DNA of 32,000 bases from Synechococcus elongatus PCC 6301 (GCF_000010065.1 NC_006576.1:1140001-1172000), one strand, 5' to 3'. Counted from the stretch's first letter, positions 8,568-18,945 are shown. The notes: generated from the letters alone by a model not told the origin. Numbers and translations: made by a program.

Positions 8568-9905
8568 CTAGAGGGCTCCTGCTGCCGTGCGATCGAGCAC
8601 TGCCCCATCCAAATGCAGGGTCAAGTTCATCGCTTGCAGCACTGGGCGCGAATCAAGCCGCTTCGGATAGTCAACAACGGTGACTGCGCCGTTACCCTGC
8701 TTGATTGACCAAATATCTGCTGGCGAGAGGCCGAGGACATGGCAGAGGATGACTTTGTTGACCGCGTCGTGGGCCACAACGAGTCCTGTACTACCTTCTG
8801 GCGCATTAGCAACGATCGCCTCCCAAGCTGCGACAGAACGATCCCAGACTTCCTGTAGGTTTTCACCTTCGGGCATCTGGACTTGCTCGGGCTGGTCCTT
8901 CCAGAGCTGCAACAGCTCGCCAAACTCCGCCGCAATTTCTTCTTCAAGCTTGCCTTCCCAAAGGCCATGGCCAATTTCCTGCAAGCGATCGTCTACCGAT
9001 AGTTCGCAGTTGGGATGACGTTCAAGAATCAGTTCCGCTGTTTCTTTGGGGCGAGCCATCGGACTGCTGACGGCGAAATCAATCTGAATCGGCGCAAGGA
9101 ATTCTGCCGCCGAGCGCGCCTGGGCACGGCCGTTGTCATTGAGCGGAATATCGATTTGACCTTGGAAGCGTTTCTGGCGGTTCCAGTCGGTTTCACCATG
9201 GCGAACCAGCAGCAACCGAACGCCGCTACTGGCCCCGCGATCGGGTAGGGCATCACCTAGGGGAGCCGTCAGGTTCAAACATTCCAGTTGGGCCGGCTGA
9301 TTCGTTCCATCCGCAAAGTTGAGGACACTGATGCCGCAGTTGGACTGGCGAATAACCTGGTAAGCAGAGGGATCGACCCCCAGCGCTGTCGCAATCAGCG
9401 ATCGCAAAATGCCGTTGTGGGCGACGAGCAGCACGGTTTGATCGCGATGGCGCTCGAGCAAGTCCTTCCAGAACTGCCGAGCTTGTTCAAACAGTGCCAA
9501 AACCGGCGCATGCTCCCGACTGCCACCCTGACCATCGGGCACCGTCAGCACTAACTCGTGGGGCGCTTCATGCCACTGGCGGTAGAGTTCAGCGTACTGC
9601 GATCGCACTTCCTCGCGACTCAGTCCTTCCCAAAGGGGTAGGTCGACTTCCAGCAAGCCATCGCTGACCGCTAGCGCCGGCGGGGTCTCGATTTGTTCAA
9701 TGATGATTTCAGCGGTGCGCTTGGCCCGCTGCAGCGGGCTGCAGTAAGCCGCCGCAAAGGGAATGCCGTTCAGGGCTGCCGCAACCTTGACCGCATCGGC
9801 GGCCCCGCGATCGGTCAGCTGAGAATTGTCGCAGCGTCCTTGGATACGCCCAGCGGCGCTATAGCTGCTTTGTCCGTGGCGGACGAGGACAACACGCGTA
9901 GCCAA
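8568..9905 (-). CDS. Histidine phosphatase / phosphoglycerate mutase family protein with two tandem catalytic domains
   Basis: 445 aa; domain 1 VLVRHGQSSYSAAGRIQGR...LLVAHNGILRSLI; domain 2 LLLVRHGETDWNRQKRFQG...LVVAHDAVNKVIL. Confidence 0.92.
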   Translation of the reverse strand: MATRVVLVRHGQSSYSAAGRIQGRCDNSQLTDRGAADAVKVAAALNGIPFAAAYCSPLQRAKRTAEIIIEQIETPPALAVSDGLLEVDLPLWEGLSREEVRSQYAELYRQWHEAPHELVLTVPDGQGGSREHAPVLALFEQARQFWKDLLERHRDQTVLLVAHNGILRSLIATALGVDPSAYQVIRQSNCGISVLNFADGTNQPAQLECLNLTAPLGDALPDRGASSGVRLLLVRHGETDWNRQKRFQGQIDIPLNDNGRAQARSAAEFLAPIQIDFAVSSPMARPKETAELILERHPNCELSVDDRLQEIGHGLWEGKLEEEIAAEFGELLQLWKDQPEQVQMPEGENLQEVWDRSVAAWEAIVANAPEGSTGLVVAHDAVNKVILCHVLGLSPADIWSIKQGNGAVTVVDYPKRLDSRPVLQAMNLTLHLDGAVLDRTAAGAL

Positions 9906-10005
9906 GGTTTTCTCCGCTGAGTCGGTGCAAAGGACAGGCCAAAAGCCCGAATCATTTTACGCTGAGCCGACCGTCTCGAGGCCAATGGGATAATGCCGGG
10001 GACGA

Positions 10006-11448
10006 ATGCTACAGCGAGAGCCCATGGGCATACGGCGATTACTAGTCTGGAGTTTGTCTCTGCTGGCCTGCCTCTTGATGGGCAATGTGTTGCTGAATAG
10101 TTGGCAGCAACCGCAGGTCCAGAGTCAGTTGGAATTGCGGCAGAACGAGTTGTCGCTGCAGCTCTTACAGCTTCAGGATCAGTGGGCTAGTGCCGATGGC
10201 GATCGCCAAACCACGCTTGCTACGGCTGAGCGTAGTTTTCGCCAAAGAGTTGAACAACTCCAAACAAATAGTGCTTCAGGGCTCCTCGTCCAGACGGATC
10301 AGCTCAGCCAAGCACAGCTGGAATTAGGGGTGATTGAGGCGGTCAATGGCAATGCTCCAGCTGCGATCGCCACTTGGGAAAATGCGATCGCCACGGCTTT
10401 ACCCAACTCCCCCAATCCGCAGAGTGCCACGGTTCTGATCGGCCTCTGGCAAGATCCGCCCCGACTGCTCCCCGATGCCGAACCGCAATTGCGATCGCAG
10501 CTACGGGGCTGGTTTCAAACTCAGTCCCTCGAGCAGCTCTACCGTCTCCAACAGCGTTCTGATGCCCTTGCCAGTCTGGTCAAGCGCCAAAATCGGGCGG
10601 CTTGGCAAGCCCTGATCGCCCTGCTACTGCTCAACGGGCTACCCCTCGTCGGTTCAATTCTGGGACTGGGCATTTTGGGCTACTTAGGCTGGCGGCGCTG
10701 GCGCAAGCAACCCTTCCCACCACTGCAGGGCTGGACGGTGCCCTGGGATTCCACTGTGGTGGCCTGGATCATGCTGCCGGGCTTCATCTTGATCGGCCAG
10801 ATTGGCCTCAATCAATTGCTGCTCCCAACGCTACTGGCTGCCGTTGGCTTCGACAGTAGTCGCTTGGATGTCAGCGGCCAAGCATTCTCGATCTTGGTGC
10901 GCTACAGCCTGATGGCGGGGCTGGTTCTGGGGCTGCTGGCCTGGACGCTACAGCGCTATCGTCCCCTGCCACCCGATTGGTTTGTCCTGCGCTGGCGATC
11001 GCGCTGGCCCTTGTGGGGCATTGGGGGCTATTGGGTCGCTCTGCCCGTAGTGATTGGGACCTCACTCCTCAACCAACTGATCTGGCAGGGCCGTGGCGGC
11101 AGTAATCCGCTGCTGGAGTTGGTGCTGGATAGCGGCAGCCGCAGCGCCCTGTTCTGGTTCTGGGTGACGGCGGCGATCGCGGCGCCCCTATTTGAGGAAG
11201 TGCTATTTCGGGGTTTTCTGCTGGCCTCCCTCACCCGCTGGCTACCAGTGCGCGGCGCGATCGCCCTCAGTGGCCTACTCTTTGCCCTAGCCCACCTCAG
11301 CCTGTCGGAAGTGCTGCCCTTGTTTGCCCTCGGCTGTCTATTGGGCGAGGTCTACACCCGTAGCCGTAACCTTTTAGCCCCAATGCTCTTGCATGGCCTT
11401 TGGAATAGCGGCACCTTAATCAGCCTGCTCTTGCTCAGCCAGCCTTAG
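10006..11448 (+). CDS. CPBP family intramembrane metalloprotease
   Basis: 480 aa multi-TM; motifs EEVLFRGFLL, FALAHLSLSE, MLLHGLWNSG; N-terminal TM plus coiled/helical extramembrane region. Confidence 0.9.
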   Translation: MLQREPMGIRRLLVWSLSLLACLLMGNVLLNSWQQPQVQSQLELRQNELSLQLLQLQDQWASADGDRQTTLATAERSFRQRVEQLQTNSASGLLVQTDQLSQAQLELGVIEAVNGNAPAAIATWENAIATALPNSPNPQSATVLIGLWQDPPRLLPDAEPQLRSQLRGWFQTQSLEQLYRLQQRSDALASLVKRQNRAAWQALIALLLLNGLPLVGSILGLGILGYLGWRRWRKQPFPPLQGWTVPWDSTVVAWIMLPGFILIGQIGLNQLLLPTLLAAVGFDSSRLDVSGQAFSILVRYSLMAGLVLGLLAWTLQRYRPLPPDWFVLRWRSRWPLWGIGGYWVALPVVIGTSLLNQLIWQGRGGSNPLLELVLDSGSRSALFWFWVTAAIAAPLFEEVLFRGFLLASLTRWLPVRGAIALSGLLFALAHLSLSEVLPLFALGCLLGEVYTRSRNLLAPMLLHGLWNSGTLISLLLLSQP

Positions 11449-11541
11449 AGCAGTGTTGTGGTCGGTTGGCAAATCAGGAACCCGTTTTTAGAAACAAGCG
11501 CTATCTTTAAGCGGAAACGTAGTCGGCAATACACATCAGGC

Positions 11542-11556
11542 CTCTGGGTTCCAGAG
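11542..11556. repeat. Small perfect hairpin in the intergenic region
   Basis: CTCTGG (11542-11547), GTT loop, CCAGAG (11551-11556). Confidence 0.4.
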
Positions 11557-11660
11557 ATTCTTAACAGAACCTTAAAAAGTACTGTCAAGTCTTTTCGAGA
11601 CGACTAACCCACGGCATACTCGGCCGTGTTTTCCCCTCAACCCACTGCCCCTCAACCGCC

Positions 11661-12104
11661 ATGGTCGCCGTTCCTGCTCGCCCGATTCCTCAGCCCCGCC
11701 CGCTGACGGTAGTCACGCCGGTTGCTACTCCACGGAACCGCTCGCGATCGTCGCTAAAAACGCGTAGTTGGCCTTGGTTGGGCGTCTGTCAAAAAATTGG
11801 TCTGGGGCTGGGAGCCAGCCTAGGGGCAGGTGTCTTGGGCGTCTATTGCTTCAATGTCTACCTCGACTCTCGCTGGAGTCGGAATTTCCAACAGCTCGAT
11901 CAGTTGCGACAACAGGAACTGAAGCTGACAGCTACCACAGCATTGCTACGGGATGAGGTGTTGGAACAGGGTCAGCAAAGCGGCAAAGGCTGGGTATCGG
12001 CCAAACCCTCGGATTTGATCTTCTTGCAACCTGCACCGCCGCGCCCGGCCAATCCTGTACCTGCACCTGAATTGCCAGCCCCCACAGCCTCCGTAGGATA
12101 TTGA
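11661..12104 (+). CDS. Bitopic membrane protein with coiled coil; candidate FtsL-like divisome protein
   Basis: 147 aa: basic N-terminus, one TM (IGLGLGASLGAGVLGVYCF), then a Gln/Leu-rich helix; located just upstream of ftsI. Confidence 0.7.
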   Translation: MVAVPARPIPQPRPLTVVTPVATPRNRSRSSLKTRSWPWLGVCQKIGLGLGASLGAGVLGVYCFNVYLDSRWSRNFQQLDQLRQQELKLTATTALLRDEVLEQGQQSGKGWVSAKPSDLIFLQPAPPRPANPVPAPELPAPTASVGY

Positions 12105-12106
12105 CG

Positions 12107-13876
12107 ATGACGGTACTGCCGCAAGCGAGAGGAGGTCGGAATTCCCGGCGATCACCGCGTCGCTCAGTACCGCAGCAGGTCATTGAACCACGGCGAATAC
12201 TCGCCATTTGGCTACTGCTGGTGATTGGCGCTGCTCTCTTAGGTTGGCGTCTGTTTACCGTGCAGGTGCTAGAAGGGCCAATGCTCCGACAAAAAGCCAC
12301 GGAACAGCAGCGAGTGATGCTGTCGCCCTTCCTGCCACGGCGGCCCATCATCGATCAGCAGGGCAATCTGATTGCCCTCGACCAAGAGATTTATACCCTC
12401 TACGTTCACCCCCAGCTTTTCAAAGAGCCCATTCCTAGCGTGGCCCAAAAACTGGCGCCGATTCTAGGGATGGACGTCAGTACCCTGACACAGCGATTCC
12501 AGTCGCAAAAGAGTGGCATTCGCCTGCGATCGGATCTGTCGCGCGAGGCCGTGACTGCTCTGCGGAAGCTTTACCTTGATGGCCTCGAGTTTGAGCAGCG
12601 GGCCCAGCGCCTCTATCCCTTCAAGGATCTCTATGCCAATATCGTTGGCTTTCTCAACGATGAGCGCAAAGGCCAAGCTGGATTGGAATTCAGCCAGCAG
12701 AATCTCTTGCAGCGGCCCGTCCTAAAAGCATCCGTCGAGCGATCGGGGGATGGTAGCTTGCTGCCTGATGGTGTGCCTGCTGGCTTCCTGCACCAAGATG
12801 ATATGCGGCTGCAACTCACCTTGGATGGCCGCCTCCAACGCACCACACAAACAGCACTCCGGCAGCAATTAAAACGCTATTCCGCCAAACGGGGCGCGGC
12901 GCTGGTGATGGATGTGCGGGATGGCTCGATGTTGGCGCTAGTCAGTGAGCCGACCTACGACGCCAATCGCTATTTCGAAGCTGATCCCAAGCTCTTTAAT
13001 GACTGGGCAGTTCATGATCTCTATGAGCCGGGGTCGACTTTTAAGCCGATCAATATTGCGATCGCCCTAGAAGAGAAAGTTCTCGACATTAACGATGTCA
13101 TCTACGACGAAGGTCGCATCCAAGTCGGGGGCTGGCCAATCAACAACCACGACTTCAGCACAGCAGGCGGACGAGGACCCCTGAATCTGGCGCAAGTGAT
13201 GCAGTATTCCAGCAATGTGGCCATGGTTCACATCGTGGAACGCATGCGGCCCCAACGCTATTTTGAATGGCTGCAAAAATTGCAAATCGATAAACCCGTT
13301 GGGACTGATTTGCCCTTTGCCACCGGCGGGCAGATCAAATCACGCGATGAGTTTGTCAACTATGTGATTGAGCCTGCAACAGCAGCATTTGGGCAGGGTT
13401 TCTCGCTGACCCCCCTCAAGCTTTTGCAGCTGCATGCCGCGATCGCCAATGGAGGCAAACTGGTCACGCCCCACGTCATCGCCGGACTAGTCGACAGTCA
13501 AGGTCAGCTCTACTGGCAGCCGCCGCGTCCTGAAGCACCACAACTCTTTTCTGCCGATACGTCGAAGCAGGTCATGGGTTTGATGGAGAGTGTGGTCGCT
13601 GCCGGTAGCGGAAAACCAGCCCAAGTTAAAGGGTATCGACTAGGTGGGAAAACCGGGACTGCCCAGAAAGCAGAAAATGGTGTGTATGTTGCAGGGGCGC
13701 GGATCACCAGCTTTGTGGGTGTTTTACCCGCAGACAATCCACGCTATGCCATGTTGGTCGTGGTCGATGAGCCGAAGGGGGATGACGCCTACGGCTCAAC
13801 GGTTGCCGCTCCCGTTGTCAAGCAAATGGCGGAAGCCCTCGTTGCGATCGAGGGTTTGGCTCCTAACCAGAATTGA
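12107..13876 (+). CDS. ftsI: Peptidoglycan D,D-transpeptidase / penicillin-binding protein (FtsI/PBP2 family)
   Basis: TM near N-terminus, SxxK in EPGSTFKPINIAIALE, SSNVAMV, KTGTAQKAENG. ORF track starts at a TTG at 12101; ATG at 12107 is preferred here. Confidence 0.93.
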   Translation: MTVLPQARGGRNSRRSPRRSVPQQVIEPRRILAIWLLLVIGAALLGWRLFTVQVLEGPMLRQKATEQQRVMLSPFLPRRPIIDQQGNLIALDQEIYTLYVHPQLFKEPIPSVAQKLAPILGMDVSTLTQRFQSQKSGIRLRSDLSREAVTALRKLYLDGLEFEQRAQRLYPFKDLYANIVGFLNDERKGQAGLEFSQQNLLQRPVLKASVERSGDGSLLPDGVPAGFLHQDDMRLQLTLDGRLQRTTQTALRQQLKRYSAKRGAALVMDVRDGSMLALVSEPTYDANRYFEADPKLFNDWAVHDLYEPGSTFKPINIAIALEEKVLDINDVIYDEGRIQVGGWPINNHDFSTAGGRGPLNLAQVMQYSSNVAMVHIVERMRPQRYFEWLQKLQIDKPVGTDLPFATGGQIKSRDEFVNYVIEPATAAFGQGFSLTPLKLLQLHAAIANGGKLVTPHVIAGLVDSQGQLYWQPPRPEAPQLFSADTSKQVMGLMESVVAAGSGKPAQVKGYRLGGKTGTAQKAENGVYVAGARITSFVGVLPADNPRYAMLVVVDEPKGDDAYGSTVAAPVVKQMAEALVAIEGLAPNQN

Positions 13877-14051
13877 ACCTGCTTGTGAAAATCCCTAGGA
13901 TTCTAGTCACCATTCCTGGACTCGAGACAGTAACAAGGGAATTAACTAAGGCCCAAGGCCCTCACCTGAGCAGGTTCTGATCCGAATCCAATGTCCTGAT
14001 TGAGTTTAGGGATGCTGGGGCATTTTGTTGGGGAGCAGAGCCGGCGATCGC

Positions 14052-15167
14052 TCATTGAGAAGGCGTTAGATTGGTCGTCCAAGTTTTGGCATCCCCGACT
14101 TCCACCTTGAGGAAGCCTTTGGAGTAGGCCGGGCTGGGGCAGCGATCGCGGTTGGCGTCAGGGTATTCAAAAGCATCCTCTTGCATACAAAAGGGGAAAT
14201 CACCAGACCACAGTGTTTGATCTGACTCTGCAAAGACGTAGACCTCATCAACGCTATCGAGCAAGTTGGGGAAAAACTGACATTTACTCTGATCAAGATT
14301 CCACCAGCCTTCGCTGCGATAGCTATCGATTGAAGTATCGAAATAAGCGATCGCGACTGAAAGATTTTCACCCGATTGATTGCAGACTTCGTATCCAGCC
14401 TCATTGCGGTCTGGATTTTCAACCTGCTCAACCTGAGTTTCTTCAGGCTCACTAAACTGGTCAATTGCGATCGCTTGATTTCCTGCATTTTCTTTGACAT
14501 AGCGCTCAGCGATGCGAGGCTCGATCGCAAAACCAATCCCTTCTGACTGCGCTGGATCCAGCTTGGAAACAACAACCCCAACAACGCAACCGCGCTTGTC
14601 GAGAACAGGGCCGCCCGAGTTACCTGGGTTGATGGCAATATCGGTTTGGATCAGGCCTTGATCGGTGACGAAGCGACTAATAATGCCTTGGGAAATGGAC
14701 CATTCCTGGCCCAAGGGCGACCCGATCGCATAGACCGTGCTGGCCGTTTCAATGTCATCACTTAGCTTTAGGGGAGTGCCGATTTCTGTCTCCGTTTTAA
14801 TTAAGGCCAAATCAGAAGAATCGGCCTCACCCTCACCAACCGCGAGCAACTGGGCGTCAACCACATTGCCACGGACATCCTTCACCGTCAGGGTGCCGCC
14901 ATTCCCTTTGACCACATGAGCGTTGGTAAGAATGATGGAGCCGTTGTCATTTTTGACGACAAAACCAGAGCCCAAACCTGTGGCCGTTTCGATTTTGACC
15001 ACACTGCCCTTGCTGCGCTTGAAGATATCGCTCGCTTCCAGCTGGCGTGAACCACACAGGTTACCCGACGGGTTTAATGCCTGCCGCGATCGCCCACAGC
15101 TTTGAACGAGCAAGGAGACGAGTGCAAGGCCCAGCAGTGGCTGCCAGATCCGAGAAACAGTAGGCAT
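14052..15167 (-). CDS. Trypsin-like serine protease (HtrA/Deg-like core, no obvious PDZ) with lipoprotein-like signal and C-terminal DUF1036-like domain
   Basis: Catalytic triad motifs LTNAHVV, SSDLALI, GNSGGPV; N-terminus MPTVSRIWQPLLGLALVSLLVQSC; C-terminal GYEVCNQSGENLSVAIAYFD...SEGWWNLDQSKC. ORF track start at 15230 is TTG; ATG at 15167 precedes the signal. Confidence 0.88.
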   Translation of the reverse strand: MPTVSRIWQPLLGLALVSLLVQSCGRSRQALNPSGNLCGSRQLEASDIFKRSKGSVVKIETATGLGSGFVVKNDNGSIILTNAHVVKGNGGTLTVKDVRGNVVDAQLLAVGEGEADSSDLALIKTETEIGTPLKLSDDIETASTVYAIGSPLGQEWSISQGIISRFVTDQGLIQTDIAINPGNSGGPVLDKRGCVVGVVVSKLDPAQSEGIGFAIEPRIAERYVKENAGNQAIAIDQFSEPEETQVEQVENPDRNEAGYEVCNQSGENLSVAIAYFDTSIDSYRSEGWWNLDQSKCQFFPNLLDSVDEVYVFAESDQTLWSGDFPFCMQEDAFEYPDANRDRCPSPAYSKGFLKVEVGDAKTWTTNLTPSQ

Positions 15168-15245
15168 GGGAATCTGCGATCGCGAAGAAGCATTTGTTCT
15201 GCAGTGTAGGGTCTGGTTTTGATCCTGCAACTACGGCTAGGAACA

Positions 15246-16979
15246 CTAGGACGGGATGATCGCTGGTGCCAGCGGGATCAGACAGGTGACTGTGGTCCCC
15301 AAACCCTCGCCAGGGCTAAACAGTTCAACAATGCCACCCATACTCTCCAGCAAGCGTCGACAGATCACCAGCCCCAAGCCACTCCCACCAAACTGCCGTG
15401 TCAGAGAGCTATCCGCCTGACTGAAGGATTGAAAGAGACTGCCCTGTCGCTCGGGGGCAACACCAATACCACTGTCTTCAATCTCCAGCCGTAGATAGCC
15501 CGGTAGATTCTGCCCATTGGCGCAAAGGGGCTGCCAAACCGCTGTTGCTCGCACTTCAACGTAGCCAGTGAGCGTAAATTTAATCGCATTGCCCACGAGG
15601 TTAAAGAGCACCTGCAGCGACCGTTGGCGATCGCCCCAGAGGGCAACCGATTCGGTCTCCGCAGCAATACGACAGCGATAGACCAGCCCTTTGGCTTGTG
15701 CTTGGCTCCGCAGACAGGTTTCTACCTCCGCCAGCAAGTTCCGTAGTGGCACGGTTTCGGCTTGGAGCTGCAGCCGTCCGGCTTCGATGCGGGCGATATC
15801 GAGAATGTCATTGATGATGCCTAGCAGATGCAATGCCGAATGATAGGCCCCGGCAATAAACTCCTGGCGTTCCTCTGGCGTCTCGGCCAAGTCGTCTTGA
15901 AGAAGCTGCAGATAGCCAATCATGCCGGTCAGCGGCGTACGTAGCTCGTGGGAGGTATTGGCGAGGAAGTCGGTCTTCAGTTGCGAAAGGGCTTCCGACT
16001 GACGATGGGCTTCGATCAAGGCCTGCTGCTGTTCCAACAAAGTTTGATTTGCTCGCTGCAATTCCAGGGCCAACGCCTGGCTTTGGGCGTAGAGGCGAGC
16101 ATGAGCCAGTGCAGTCCCCACCTGATCCGCCAGCTCCCAAACCAGATCGCGATCGCCCGCAGTCAATTCCTCCGCCGATCGCAGCAGCAAAACACCGTTG
16201 GGATGATCTTGATAGCCGGTTGGAACCATCCAGATTGGTTCCGCTGGCGATCGTTCAAAATCAACTACTGCTTGAGTGGGTCGCAAACTCAGCAAGGCAT
16301 CCGCTAGCGAAGGATTCCTGGCGATCGCCAATTGCTCGCCCAAGACGACCGGCAGGTGCGCCTGACGATACTCCGCCACAATTGCGATCGCCGTTGATCC
16401 CAACTCGTAGGGACAGAGCAAGCAACGCTGCAGTCCAAGTGCCTGCCCAAGCCCTTGCACCGTATGTCGCCAAATTGTCTCAGGGTCGAGGGTGCGGCGA
16501 ATATCCCAGGCGATTTGGGCAAACAGCTTGGCATGGTGGGGTGGCGCGATCGCGATCGGGGGTTCTGGTAACGCCTCGGGTAGCGGCTCCTGCTGCCGCC
16601 CAATCACCAGTAATAAAGTGCTGGCCTGCTGCGGTTGCAGAATTGGACTAAGCGTCAGGTCGAAAACGTAAACCTGTCCCTGAAAACGAAAGCCAGTACG
16701 AAATTGCTCAGCACGGCCGCGATGCATGGCTCGCCGCATCCGCGCCAAGTAGAGGTTGAGATCAACCGGCGTAAACTGCTCGCCGAGGTAACTCCCGACG
16801 ACTTGCTCGCTGTTCAGGCCCAGCCATTGGCCACTGCGCCAAGCAAACGAGAGGTAGCGTCCGAGAAGATCTTGGACGTAGTACAGATCGGCGGTGGAGG
16901 CGAGTTGCGCTGCTGACGGCGTAATCCAAGCCAGCTCCAGCGGGTTCGCAGCAGTCGAGCGCGAGGCAGACCCAGACAT
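15246..16979 (-). CDS. Sensor histidine kinase with PAS-like N-terminus and GAF domain
   Basis: 577 aa; H-box SHELRTPLTGMIGYL, N-box LFNLVGNAIKFT, G-boxes EDSGIGV and GGSGLGL; GAF-like region LDPETIWRHTVQGLGQALGLQRCLL. Confidence 0.92.
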   Translation of the reverse strand: MSGSASRSTAANPLELAWITPSAAQLASTADLYYVQDLLGRYLSFAWRSGQWLGLNSEQVVGSYLGEQFTPVDLNLYLARMRRAMHRGRAEQFRTGFRFQGQVYVFDLTLSPILQPQQASTLLLVIGRQQEPLPEALPEPPIAIAPPHHAKLFAQIAWDIRRTLDPETIWRHTVQGLGQALGLQRCLLCPYELGSTAIAIVAEYRQAHLPVVLGEQLAIARNPSLADALLSLRPTQAVVDFERSPAEPIWMVPTGYQDHPNGVLLLRSAEELTAGDRDLVWELADQVGTALAHARLYAQSQALALELQRANQTLLEQQQALIEAHRQSEALSQLKTDFLANTSHELRTPLTGMIGYLQLLQDDLAETPEERQEFIAGAYHSALHLLGIINDILDIARIEAGRLQLQAETVPLRNLLAEVETCLRSQAQAKGLVYRCRIAAETESVALWGDRQRSLQVLFNLVGNAIKFTLTGYVEVRATAVWQPLCANGQNLPGYLRLEIEDSGIGVAPERQGSLFQSFSQADSSLTRQFGGSGLGLVICRRLLESMGGIVELFSPGEGLGTTVTCLIPLAPAIIPS

Positions 16980-17130
16980 AGCGCGATCGACCTTCGACAG
17001 TCCGGCCTTAGCGTAGCAACCGTCGCGAGAAATGGCTGTTGAGCCGTTCCAGTCTCAAGAGAGCTTTAGACGGCCTTTAGAATGGGGAAGCTGCCTTGTC
17101 TGCTGCGCTTTTCCTACGGGTTCCGGCTGT

Positions 17131-18945
17131 ATGACCGACGTTTCGGTTTCAAAAATTCGTAACTTTTGCATCATTGCCCACATCGACCACGGCAAATCGA
17201 CCCTGGCCGATCGCTTATTGCAAGAAACGGGAACGGTGCAAGCCCGCGAAATGAAGGAACAGTTCCTCGACAACATGGAACTGGAGCGGGAGCGCGGCAT
17301 CACGATCAAGCTGCAGGCAGCGCGGATGAACTACCGTGCTCAGGACGGCGAGCAGTATGTGCTCAATCTGATCGACACCCCCGGCCACGTTGACTTTTCC
17401 TACGAAGTCTCGCGATCGCTGCAGGCCTGCGAAGGGGCGCTGCTGGTCGTCGATGCCTCCCAGGGTGTAGAGGCGCAGACCTTGGCCAACGTTTATCTGG
17501 CCTTGGAAAATGATCTAGAGATCATTCCAGTCCCGAACAAGATCGACTTGCCTGGGGCCGATCCAGAACGGGTCAAGCGCGAAATTGAAGAAGTGATCGG
17601 GCTGGACTGTAGCGGCGCGATCGAAGCATCAGCTAAATCTGGCATCGGCATCGGTGAAATTTTAGAGAGCATCGTTCACTTGGTGCCGCCCCCCAGCGAT
17701 ACGACAGGGGAACCGCTGCGGGCACTGATCTTTGACAGCTATTACGACCCCTATCGCGGCGTCATCGTCTACTTCCGGGTCATCGACGGCACCGTCCGCA
17801 AGGGCGATCGCATCCGACTGATGGCTTCGGGTAAGGAATACGAGATCGACGAGCTGGGCGTACTTTCCCCCAACCAAGTTCAAGTCGAAGAATTACATGC
17901 GGGTGAAGTCGGCTACATTGCTGCTTCGATCAAAGCCGTGGCTGATGCACGGGTCGGCGACACGATCACCTTGGCAAGGGCCAGAGCGACCGAACCGCTG
18001 CCGGGCTACGTCGAAGCCAAGCCGATGGTCTTCTGCGGCCTCTTCCCGACGGATAGCGATCGCTATCCCGATCTGCGAGACGCCTTAGAAAAGCTGCAAC
18101 TTAGTGATGCGGCGTTGCAGTACGAACCGGAAACTTCCAGCGCTATGGGCTTTGGTTTCCGCTGCGGCTTCCTGGGGCTGCTGCACATGGAAATTGTGCA
18201 AGAACGGCTGGAGCGGGAATACAACCTCGACCTGATCACGACAGCACCGTCAGTGGTCTATCAAGTCACCACGCTGGATGGCGAAGTGCTGCGGCTGGAT
18301 AACCCCTCCAAACTGCCGCCGCCACAACAGCGCGAAAAGATTGAAGAGCCCTACGTCAAAGTTGAAATCATCACGCCCGAAAACTATGTCGGAGCCCTGA
18401 TGGATCTCTGCCAAACCCGTCGTGGCATCTTCATCGACATGAAGTATCTGACCCAAGAGCGGACGACGCTGATCTACGAAATGCCCTTGGCGGAGGTAGT
18501 GACGGACTTCTTCGACCAGATGAAGTCGCGCACCAAAGGCTACGCCAGCATGGAGTACTCGCTGATTGGCTACCGCGAAGGCGAGCTGGTGCGGATGGAT
18601 ATCCTAATCAATAGCGAGCCGGTCGATCCCCTCGCGACGATCGTGCACCGCGACAAGGCTTACTACGTGGGTAAGGCACTGGTGGAGAAACTGAAAGAGC
18701 TGATTCCCCGCCACCAGTTCAAAATTCCGCTGCAGGCCGCGATCGGCTCTCGCGTGATTGCCAGCGAAAGCATTCCGGCGCTGCGCAAAGACGTCTTGGC
18801 CAAGTGCTACGGCGGCGATATCAGCCGCAAGAAAAAGCTGTTGCAAAAGCAGGCCAAGGGCAAAAAACGGATGAAGGCGATCGGGACGGTGGATGTTCCC
18901 CAAGAAGCCTTCATGGCTGTCCTCAAGCTCGATCGCGAAGGCTGA
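17131..18945 (+). CDS. lepA: Translation elongation factor 4 (LepA)
   Basis: [30 protein letters not shown]..., [16 protein letters not shown]; full-length LepA with C-terminal [20 protein letters not shown]-like segment ([20 protein letters not shown]). Confidence 0.97.
   Translation: MTDVSVSKIRNFCIIAHIDHGKSTLADRLLQETGTVQAREMKEQFLDNMELERERGITIKLQAARMNYRAQDGEQYVLNLIDTPGHVDFSYEVSRSLQACEGALLVVDASQGVEAQTLANVYLALENDLEIIPVPNKIDLPGADPERVKREIEEVIGLDCSGAIEASAKSGIGIGEILESIVHLVPPPSDTTGEPLRALIFDSYYDPYRGVIVYFRVIDGTVRKGDRIRLMASGKEYEIDELGVLSPNQVQVEELHAGEVGYIAASIKAVADARVGDTITLARARATEPLPGYVEAKPMVFCGLFPTDSDRYPDLRDALEKLQLSDAALQYEPETSSAMGFGFRCGFLGLLHMEIVQERLEREYNLDLITTAPSVVYQVTTLDGEVLRLDNPSKLPPPQQREKIEEPYVKVEIITPENYVGALMDLCQTRRGIFIDMKYLTQERTTLIYEMPLAEVVTDFFDQMKSRTKGYASMEYSLIGYREGELVRMDILINSEPVDPLATIVHRDKAYYVGKALVEKLKELIPRHQFKIPLQAAIGSRVIASESIPALRKDVLAKCYGGDISRKKKLLQKQAKGKKRMKAIGTVDVPQEAFMAVLKLDREG

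Noticed and set aside
16049-16651. 200-aa plus-strand ORF inside the histidine kinase gene
   Set aside because: Antisense shadow with proline/arginine-rich composition; the minus-strand kinase is clearly the true gene.
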